From an uncultured Prevotella sp. (lineage in GTDB: Bacteria > Bacteroidota > Bacteroidia > Bacteroidales > Bacteroidaceae), in contig UQFS01000014.1 of the NCBI GenBank assembly GCA_900540375.1, positions 17,863-81,862 of the forward strand: a stretch of 64,000 nucleotides of DNA, in the 5' to 3' direction. The notes beneath the pieces are model-generated. The model saw only the letters and a list, made by a program, of their open reading frames with translations, made no database searches and was not told where the DNA came from. Within the stretch, counting starts at the first letter, position 1. Every line of letters starts with the position of its first letter. Made by a program: the position numbers and the translations under genes. Below are positions 57,420 to 64,000 of the stretch, piece by piece.

Positions 57420-59534
57420 TTAGATGGTAGCGGCAGATACCGCCGTGCGCTGCACACCCACAATGGAGGCATGCCGCTTCACCGCCTTAGGCGTTTCCAT
57501 CTCGAAGAAACAGATGTGCAGACCTATAGCCCGTGTCATTAGCAAGTCGTCGTGCTTTCCCTCTATAGCCCCGAAGGCACCATTCTGTTTGCGCTCATAC
57601 GTCTTGTACTCATCAAGACACCGTTCATCACGCTCGACGTACAGGCTTTCCCGAATAACCTTCACGAGCGTGGATATAATCATCGGCTTAGTGGAGACGT
57701 TGGTGTGGAAGCCATACTTGCGAGGCGCGCCCTCCTTGATGTCCTCTTCCGACTGTTTGCGAGCGTACAGGTTATCGTACACGTCCTTTATTTGGTTGAG
57801 TATAAACTGCGACTGGTCTCCATCGACAATGCGCTCCTTATCGTGTGTCTCCAGTGTGTTGCTCTCAATGACAAGCAGTGCGTTGTCGTAATACGCTGCA
57901 ATCTGTGCCGCCTTCCATGCGAGCAGGTCGATGTCGATATGCCCGTACCACTGCGCCACGACGACCGGTTTGTCTCCGTCCATCATGTACAGTCGGTCGA
58001 ATACCACGATAACAGACCAGTCGGCCTTGTTAGAGCGTCCTCCGATATCCACCGTAACGAGATAACGGTGCCTTATAACCTCTTCGGGGTCAATGTCCGG
58101 CTTCTCCCATATCCAGAACAACCCTTGCTTATCCTCAGAGAAGCGCACATGTCTGAGTGCATCCGGTCCCTCATCTTTATCCCCGTAGACATCACCGATG
58201 AACTTAGGCGGACGGCACCCTGCTTTGAGCTTATCGACGAGAGCCTCATCAAAGACGTGTGAGCCAGAGTTGACGAATGCCTCAATGTCGTCGGACGGAT
58301 ACTCCGAAGCCATGACGCTGTGCGAGTTTTTTCCCGACCTCTCGACGACATACCAGTGAATAGCCTCCAGTGTAGCCCCATACGTCCACAACTTCCACAA
58401 GTACGCTCCACATTCCTCCCGGTCGGACATTACGTTGTGGTTGTTTCTATTTTCCCACAGGCTTATGGCGAAGTCAGCCCGCTCATCGTCTGATGCGAAT
58501 GGCAGCGTGTAGATGTCGATGTCATACCACGCGATGAAAAGCGCCTTGAACATTGAACGTCCAGCCTTTGCCGCGTCGTACTCATGCTGAAAGAAGTTCC
58601 CCGTACCGTTAGCCGTTGACTCATATACCACCATTGTGTATGGTCGATATACCATACCCGAGCATGCCGAGCGCACAATATCCTCCGGCTTCTTTCCGTC
58701 GGTAGTTTTCCATAGTCCCACCTCAGAGAGGTGTACAAGGTTGTAATCGCCACCACGACATGAGTCAGGTCTTTCCGCCGTACCAATCTTAATCTTGCAG
58801 TTGCGTTGCGGCACACGCTTTATAGCTCCCGATTTTCCGACCCCAACGAATGTTTCTTCGTTGTCGTTGTACTTCTCTCCGAGCTTGTGCAGCATTTCGA
58901 CAGGATATGAAGCCATCATACGGTTGAACATATCCATAATCTCATCCGAGCCCATTCCCTGATGCGCTATGATGAGCGAGTTGAGCCCGACCCTTAGCAC
59001 GAGCTGCAACCAAGCCATGTATAGCTGTATTGTCGTTGAGCCACCCCATTGCCGTGCTTTGAGCAGAATAAGCCGTATCGGCATGTTGTGCGTGCGCATA
59101 CCCTCCAGTACCTCCACGAGCTTTCTCTGCGGACGCGTGAGCCTGAAGAGCACGTCTGGCCCTCCACCTTTGTTTTTGATATAAACGAACATAGCCGCCC
59201 AGAAGGGGAAGTCGTGCTTGCACCTTATTCTGACGAACTGCTCCACGACCTTGTGCACGTCTTCCTCTGTAGGGTTGTCAATGTTCATTTCCTCCGCGAG
59301 GAACTTTCCGATAGAGCCGCACTTGACAATCTGCCTTACGAGCGGCACCCTCATCATATCCTTTGGCAGCCATTGTTCCTTTATCGGGAAGTCGCTGATA
59401 ACAGCCCTGACGCGTCTTCCCACACTTCCTTGCCCCGTGACAGGATTGAATACGGCATGAATAACCGCTTGCCTATGCTCATTCTCTTTTAGAATGGCCT
59501 GAGCCTCAGTCTTCGCAACTTTTTCCTTTTCCAT
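57420..59534 (-). CDS. Phage terminase large subunit
   Basis: 704 aa. It has a Walker A-like KARQWGGST (terminase-type K/S-RQ-G-S/T), Walker B LVHLSE and a C-terminal RNase-H-like nuclease region with acidic residues (DIGGRSNKADWSVIVVFD). Confidence 0.6.
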   Translation of the reverse strand: MEKEKVAKTEAQAILKENEHRQAVIHAVFNPVTGQGSVGRRVRAVISDFPIKEQWLPKDMMRVPLVRQIVKCGSIGKFLAEEMNIDNPTEEDVHKVVEQFVRIRCKHDFPFWAAMFVYIKNKGGGPDVLFRLTRPQRKLVEVLEGMRTHNMPIRLILLKARQWGGSTTIQLYMAWLQLVLRVGLNSLIIAHQGMGSDEIMDMFNRMMASYPVEMLHKLGEKYNDNEETFVGVGKSGAIKRVPQRNCKIKIGTAERPDSCRGGDYNLVHLSEVGLWKTTDGKKPEDIVRSACSGMVYRPYTMVVYESTANGTGNFFQHEYDAAKAGRSMFKALFIAWYDIDIYTLPFASDDERADFAISLWENRNNHNVMSDREECGAYLWKLWTYGATLEAIHWYVVERSGKNSHSVMASEYPSDDIEAFVNSGSHVFDEALVDKLKAGCRPPKFIGDVYGDKDEGPDALRHVRFSEDKQGLFWIWEKPDIDPEEVIRHRYLVTVDIGGRSNKADWSVIVVFDRLYMMDGDKPVVVAQWYGHIDIDLLAWKAAQIAAYYDNALLVIESNTLETHDKERIVDGDQSQFILNQIKDVYDNLYARKQSEEDIKEGAPRKYGFHTNVSTKPMIISTLVKVIRESLYVERDERCLDEYKTYERKQNGAFGAIEGKHDDLLMTRAIGLHICFFEMETPKAVKRHASIVGVQRTAVSAATI

Positions 59535-59932
59535 TCTTCACGGTTCTTACAGATTATACACTTTGCAGTATTTGCACTGATATAGAATTTCGGTGCTGGC
59601 TGCACCACAACCTCCTTGCAACATTCAAGGACAGTCATCCCCGGCGTATTCTTTCTCATCTTCACAACCCGTCGGTAAATCTCCTGAAACATCTCCCGCT
59701 TTAGCGGCCTCATGTTCTTATAGCTTTTTGTCCGTTTGTCAATCATTGCCGACACGACAATCGCCGCCCTGATGTCAGAGACATAGAAGCGTGGCGCAGG
59801 CTGACATGCAAGGAACTCGTAACACTCAGGCATACGTATGTATGCACACGATGAAATATAATCGTCGTATGCCTGCATGAGGTCAGCAATCCTCTCCTCA
59901 GCGCATTCCATGATAGAGCCGAAATGCTTCAT
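59489..59932 (-). CDS. Hypothetical protein upstream of the terminase (small-terminase candidate) with an internal duplicated segment
   Basis: 147 aa, overlapping the terminase start by 46 nt. It has an internal repeat QPAPRFYVSDIRAAIVVSAM / QPAPKFYISANTAKCIIC. Confidence 0.3.
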   Translation of the reverse strand: MKHFGSIMECAEERIADLMQAYDDYISSCAYIRMPECYEFLACQPAPRFYVSDIRAAIVVSAMIDKRTKSYKNMRPLKREMFQEIYRRVVKMRKNTPGMTVLECCKEVVVQPAPKFYISANTAKCIICKNREEWKRKKLRRLRLRPF

Positions 59933-59968
59933 TTTTAGCCTTATGTTGCTGAAAGTAGATTATTTGCA

Positions 59969-59976
59969 CAAAGGTA
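59969..59976 (-). promoter_or_regulatory. -7 promoter element (TAccTTTG on minus strand) for the 59932 gene, part of a 12-bp inverted-repeat pair
   Basis: caaaggta on the plus strand lies about 35 nt upstream of the minus-strand start at 59932. Confidence 0.35.
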
Positions 59977-60034
59977 ATAAATCTTTTTGTATAAAGATAA
60001 ACTTGCACTCCGAAATTTAAGCGTTATTTTTGTG

Positions 60035-60042
60035 CAAATAAA
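60035..60042 (+). promoter_or_regulatory. -7 promoter element TAttTTTG for the 60093 gene
   Basis: A TAnnTTTG match lies about 50 nt upstream of the ATG at 60093. Confidence 0.35.
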
Positions 60043-60092
60043 ATTGGCATTGTCCGCATTATTGCGGCTTACCCATAAAAACTACTGTAAAT

Positions 60093-60860
60093 ATGGCAAA
60101 CGACAACAAAGGTGGTGGCGTATCAGCCCCTCCGACAAAGAGCAGGCGTGACACGGCCCTTGAACGTCTGAAGGCACGCTATCCGGACAAGAGCTTTGAC
60201 GATGACGAGTCGATGTACGGTCAGATGCTTGACGACTACGACGCAGGCGAGCAGGAGCTTAACGGCTACAAGGAGCGAGAGGAAGCCTTCTCCGACCTTT
60301 TCACGAGCGACCCACGCAGCGCAAAGTTCCTCACCGACTGGAAGAACGGCAAGAACCCTGCTGTGGCACTGGTAGAGATGTTCGGTGACGACTTCGTAGA
60401 TGAGCTTAAAGACCCCGACAAGCAGGCGGAGCTTGCTCAGGCGAGCAAGGACTTTGCCGAGCGTGTGGCAAAGGAGAAGGAGTATGACGAAGAATACACC
60501 AAGAATATCGATGCGAGCCGCCAGATGATAGAGCAGCTTCAGCAAGAGGAAGGTCTATCTGACGACGACATCGACCGTGCAATGGAGTTCCTTGTCGGTA
60601 TCATGAAGGACGGCATTCTTGGTAAGTTCAGCAAGGAGAGCGTACTGATGGCACTGAACGCCTTGGACCACGATGCTGATGTAGCCGCTGCCGAGGAAGA
60701 GGGCAAGGTAGCCGGCCGCAACACCAAGATACAGGAGAAGCTGAGGCAGCGCAGCAAAGGCGACGGTACAGCGAACCTTGCAGGCAAGAATGGCTCAGGC
60801 ACCAAGCAGCAGACACGTCGGCCGAGCATCTTCACACTGGCAGAAGAGGCGCAGACATAA
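60093..60860 (+). CDS. Acidic, helical scaffold-like protein
   Basis: 255 aa, D/E-rich, between the terminase and capsid-like genes. Assigned by position and composition only. Confidence 0.35.
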   Translation: MANDNKGGGVSAPPTKSRRDTALERLKARYPDKSFDDDESMYGQMLDDYDAGEQELNGYKEREEAFSDLFTSDPRSAKFLTDWKNGKNPAVALVEMFGDDFVDELKDPDKQAELAQASKDFAERVAKEKEYDEEYTKNIDASRQMIEQLQQEEGLSDDDIDRAMEFLVGIMKDGILGKFSKESVLMALNALDHDADVAAAEEEGKVAGRNTKIQEKLRQRSKGDGTANLAGKNGSGTKQQTRRPSIFTLAEEAQT

Positions 60861-61092
60861 CAGCAGCCGTGGCAGAGCCCCGGCATACAGAACGGCAAGA
60901 GTTATGATAGAAGTGAAAGTTATAGAGCCAAGGAAAAACCTCCTTTCAAAAGGCACGGCGGGTATGCGCTGTCACGCTGGCGGACAGTGTGCGACAGTAA
61001 GCGCCCTTGCCGGTGCCTCTGGAGGGATAGGCAATGGCAGACTTGTTGAAACGAGTATAGGTTAGAAATTTATCATTAAAACATTAACGACA

Positions 61093-62607
61093 ATGGCAGA
61101 ACAATCAGCACAGGTAGCCACCGGCGGTGCACAGGCCACCTCCGGCAGCGCAGGACTAAAGACTCAGGTAGGTGGAGCCTCCACCTCCGTGAGTGCAGCC
61201 GCAGAGGCAACTGGAGGCATTGCCCCCGGTAATTTCGTTGAGACAGACATCGACGACGAACTATTCAAGTTTAACAGTGACGACACCCCGCTTATGCAGC
61301 TCATGCTGAGGGCGAAGAAAGTCAAGGCCACCTCGCCAAAAGTAGAACACTACATGATTGACGAGGCTAAGAGCAGCGTTACCACAGTCAAGGCTGTTGA
61401 AGCCGGTACTACCATGCAGGTAGTGCTTCCCCTTGGCAGTGAGGACCAGCCCATCGTCCATGCCTATGACACCCTCCGTGTGCGTGGCGTGAACGGTTAT
61501 TCAGAGGCAGGCATTGAGCAGCCGGGCAAAGACCTCATGCTTTGGGTTGTTGGCAAGGACACCACGACCGGCAACCCCGTTGTTAGAGCCGTCAACGGCA
61601 CCAAGGAAAGTGCCGAAAACCTTTACAGCAAGGTTCCTGCCATCCCCTCAGGAACTGTCATTGACCTTTTGGGCAATGCCATGTACGAGACTCAGAAGGT
61701 TGTACCTCCAAGTCTTGTTTTGCCGAAGCCAACCATCATTCAGTTGCAGAAGCGCGGCATGACGCAGATAGTCAGCGATTACTTCGACGCACAGAAGAAG
61801 CGCATCCCATTCACCAAGGCCGTAGTTGCCGAGGCAATGATTACCGACTTCAAGCGCAAGGGCAACCGCACGCTGTGGGTGAGTCGCAGCGGTCACTTCG
61901 TTGTTGACACCGAGAAGGTAGGCACACAGGACGTATACACCACCGAGGGTATCCGCTGGCAGTTCAAGAAGGAGCTCCAGCATACCGGCAAGTGGACTTA
62001 CGAGCAGTTTGTAGGTTTAGCCAAGATGTTCTTCACTGGCGAGGACGTACCTAACACCTGTCTTGCCCTTTGCGGTAAGAACTTCTTGGAGAATATCCAG
62101 TGCATCGACTTCTCCAAGCACCCCGAGGTACAGATTAGCGTGCAGACGAACAAGCTTGGCTGGAAGGTTACCAATATCCACACCGTATTTGGCGACTTGC
62201 AGTTCAAGCGTGAGCCGACCCTTGACCGATTAGGTTATTCTAACTCCGCCGGTCTCTTAGGCGATAACCGCCTTGTCCACTATGTTTATCGTCCTGAGAG
62301 CAGCGACACCGAGAAGATTGAGGGCGAAGAGGCAAGCCGCGAGAGCGTAATTGCTTGGGACGGTCTTGGTCTGAAAGGCACCTGCCACATCTGGATTGAC
62401 GGTGAGGGCGAGGGTGCTAACGCAGACAGCACCACATTTGTCATGTGGGACAGCGCAGGGGCACCAGCCACTACGCAGGGCACCAAGAGCCCCGTTTATT
62501 ACCTCATGCAGGACTGCAAGGGTATCTCCGCCAGTGCAACCCTTGGCGAGCTGTGGTACTACGACGGCAGGGCATGGGCAGAGTACACCGGCGAGATTAT
62601 CGTGTAA
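61093..62607 (+). CDS. Putative major capsid protein
   Basis: 504 aa, following a scaffold-like gene. The N-terminal Gly/Ala/Ser-rich segment could be a propeptide. No direct motif. Confidence 0.4.
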   Translation: MAEQSAQVATGGAQATSGSAGLKTQVGGASTSVSAAAEATGGIAPGNFVETDIDDELFKFNSDDTPLMQLMLRAKKVKATSPKVEHYMIDEAKSSVTTVKAVEAGTTMQVVLPLGSEDQPIVHAYDTLRVRGVNGYSEAGIEQPGKDLMLWVVGKDTTTGNPVVRAVNGTKESAENLYSKVPAIPSGTVIDLLGNAMYETQKVVPPSLVLPKPTIIQLQKRGMTQIVSDYFDAQKKRIPFTKAVVAEAMITDFKRKGNRTLWVSRSGHFVVDTEKVGTQDVYTTEGIRWQFKKELQHTGKWTYEQFVGLAKMFFTGEDVPNTCLALCGKNFLENIQCIDFSKHPEVQISVQTNKLGWKVTNIHTVFGDLQFKREPTLDRLGYSNSAGLLGDNRLVHYVYRPESSDTEKIEGEEASRESVIAWDGLGLKGTCHIWIDGEGEGANADSTTFVMWDSAGAPATTQGTKSPVYYLMQDCKGISASATLGELWYYDGRAWAEYTGEIIV

Positions 62608-62712
62608 GCTGAGAGCCACTGCAAAGCAGCGGCATACAGAACGCAAAGAACCATTAACGAGGCTGACGGGCAAAGAAGCCTGTCAGCCTTTCATAAAAAC
62701 AAGCAACGAAAG

Positions 62713-63351
62713 ATGGCAACTAAAAAGAAGATAAAGACATACGGAGTTCGTGGTCTTATGGAATGGGTATGCAATATCCCCGTTGGCAAGTCCCACATGC
62801 GCATCGAGTTTACCGGCGGCATACTGACAAGCTACGGCAACACCCCTGCGAAGTACGTTACCAAGGACCTCTTGCAGCAGACAATCATCGAGCACAGTGA
62901 GTTTTTCAAGAAAAAGCGCATTGTCCTCCTTAGCGTTGTTGACACTGACGAGGACGAGGACAAACTGCCCAAGAGTTCCGAGGCGCCCAAGTCGGCAGAG
63001 AGCACAGAGGCACCTAAGCCAGCCTCGGAAGCCAAGAGCGCGCCTTCCAATGCAGTGGCAGCATCAAGCGATGATAACGTCAGTGAAGCAGATACCGCAG
63101 AAGCAGCACCTGAGGAAGCCACCGATGAGGACGACAGTGACATCTCCGTCGATGATGGCACATTGAATGGCGAAGCAGACACCGACGGCGAGCGCACCCC
63201 AGACGGCAAGCTCATCGTAAAGGTAACGAGCCTTGACGATGCAAAAAGCTATCTCAACGAGAAGTGCGGGATAGCTGTGAGAGAGCTTCGCAGCCGAGCA
63301 AAGATTGTTGAAGCCGCAGAGTCGAACGGTGTGTTTTTTGAAGGCATTTAA
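62713..63351 (+). CDS. Hypothetical protein with an acidic low-complexity centre (head-decoration or accessory candidate)
   Basis: 212 aa. The central region is Asp/Glu/Ser/Ala-rich between conserved-looking N- and C-terminal blocks. Confidence 0.35.
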   Translation: MATKKKIKTYGVRGLMEWVCNIPVGKSHMRIEFTGGILTSYGNTPAKYVTKDLLQQTIIEHSEFFKKKRIVLLSVVDTDEDEDKLPKSSEAPKSAESTEAPKPASEAKSAPSNAVAASSDDNVSEADTAEAAPEEATDEDDSDISVDDGTLNGEADTDGERTPDGKLIVKVTSLDDAKSYLNEKCGIAVRELRSRAKIVEAAESNGVFFEGI

Positions 63352-63376
63352 TAAAATGACATGAACGACTTTTGGC

Positions 63377-64000
63377 ATGATATATCAATTAACCACACTC
63401 ATGCGGGAAGTGCGTATTGTCATGGACAAAAACATGACCAGTACCGCATTGCGCGGTCTTGGTGATGTAGATACGCTAAGCGTTGACGACATCATCAAGA
63501 GCCGTATCGTTGACGCAGCGAAGCGAGTAGAGCTCCAAGCCCCACTCCATTATCTTGAGAACGGTCACAATTTTGGTGACAACATCTATTGGGAGCAAGG
63601 GAAAGCCCGTGCAGGTTGCGGCTGGACGTTGCTCCCAACTGATTTTATGCGGTTGATGGTCTTCCAGATGAGCGATTGGAAGCGTCCCGTTTTTCAGGCT
63701 ATCTCCCCGACAGACGAGGAATACGCCCTACAGTGGAGCCAGTTTAGCGGTATCCGTGGCAATACCGAGTTTCCCGTTTGCGCCATCAGCGTCCGTCCCG
63801 AGGGCAAGGCGTTGGAATTTTTCTCCTGCAAGGACAACACCGCCGAGATTGTCAAGGCAGTCTATCTTCCCGAGCCAGCGATAGACAGCGACGAAGGCAT
63901 AGACATCTGTGAGCGATGCCACGATGCCATTGTGTATATGATCGCTTCCCTTTCTTTCTATGTGTTAGGCGAGAAGGAGCAGGGGGACGCAATGGCACAA
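63377..64000 (+). CDS. Hypothetical protein, 5' part only; the ORF runs off the window end
   Basis: Translated by hand from ATG 63377: MIYQLTTLMREVRIVMDKNMTSTALRGLGDVDTLSVDD... with no stop through 64000. It is not in the ORF track because no stop is reached. Confidence 0.3.
   Translation, partial: MIYQLTTLMREVRIVMDKNMTSTALRGLGDVDTLSVDDIIKSRIVDAAKRVELQAPLHYLENGHNFGDNIYWEQGKARAGCGWTLLPTDFMRLMVFQMSDWKRPVFQAISPTDEEYALQWSQFSGIRGNTEFPVCAISVRPEGKALEFFSCKDNTAEIVKAVYLPEPAIDSDEGIDICERCHDAIVYMIASLSFYVLGEKEQGDAMAQ

Larger units (their letters stand above)
32335..64000. mobile_element. Integrated phage-like element (prophage); only the left end is in the window and it runs past position 64000
   Basis: A tyrosine integrase sits immediately after the nqr operon. 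It is followed by a polyvalent giant protein and portal/terminase/scaffold/capsid-like genes, with no host housekeeping genes after 32.3 kb. Confidence 0.7.

Noticed and set aside
57552-58262. 236 aa plus-strand ORF inside the terminase gene
   Set aside because: Antisense to the gene carrying the terminase Walker A/B motifs.
60778-61065. 95 aa ORF overlapping the scaffold-like gene end
   Set aside because: It overlaps the 60093-60860 gene in another frame. It is kept only as the carrier of the duplicated capsid 5' segment, not as a gene.

Overview
This window reads as a Bacteroidales-type chromosome (Prevotella/Bacteroides-like). Supporting signs are TAnnTTTG -7 promoter motifs, an Na+-NQR operon, TamB, an Omp41-like OmpA and a GH51 arabinofuranosidase. 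Positions 1-32.3 kb are mostly housekeeping: partial GT2 glycosyltransferase, GNAT, tRNA-Asp, ffh, folD, GH51 arabinofuranosidase, OmpA-family OMP, flavodoxin/ferredoxin, pseudouridine synthase, an ABC exporter pair, rsmE, nucleoside permease, TamB and nqrABCDEF. A ~3.75 kb island at 8632-12384 is bounded by ~40 bp inverted repeats and carries a complete EcoRII-like restriction enzyme, a Dcm-like C5-cytosine methyltransferase and a Vsr mismatch endonuclease. A ~650 bp repeat-rich noncoding tract lies just before it. From 32.3 kb to the window end there is an integrated phage-like element that begins right after nqrF with a tyrosine integrase. It contains a 16.9 kb gene for a 5,627 aa polyvalent protein with ParB-like, pyrophosphatase-like, gamma-type N6-adenine methyltransferase, SNF2-type helicase and HExxH zincin modules joined by repeated linker segments. 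It also carries a NYN-domain nuclease gene, a head-morphogenesis block (putative portal, large terminase, scaffold-like and capsid-like proteins), and several iteron-like repeat clusters and palindromic operator-like sites. The far end of the element lies outside the window.
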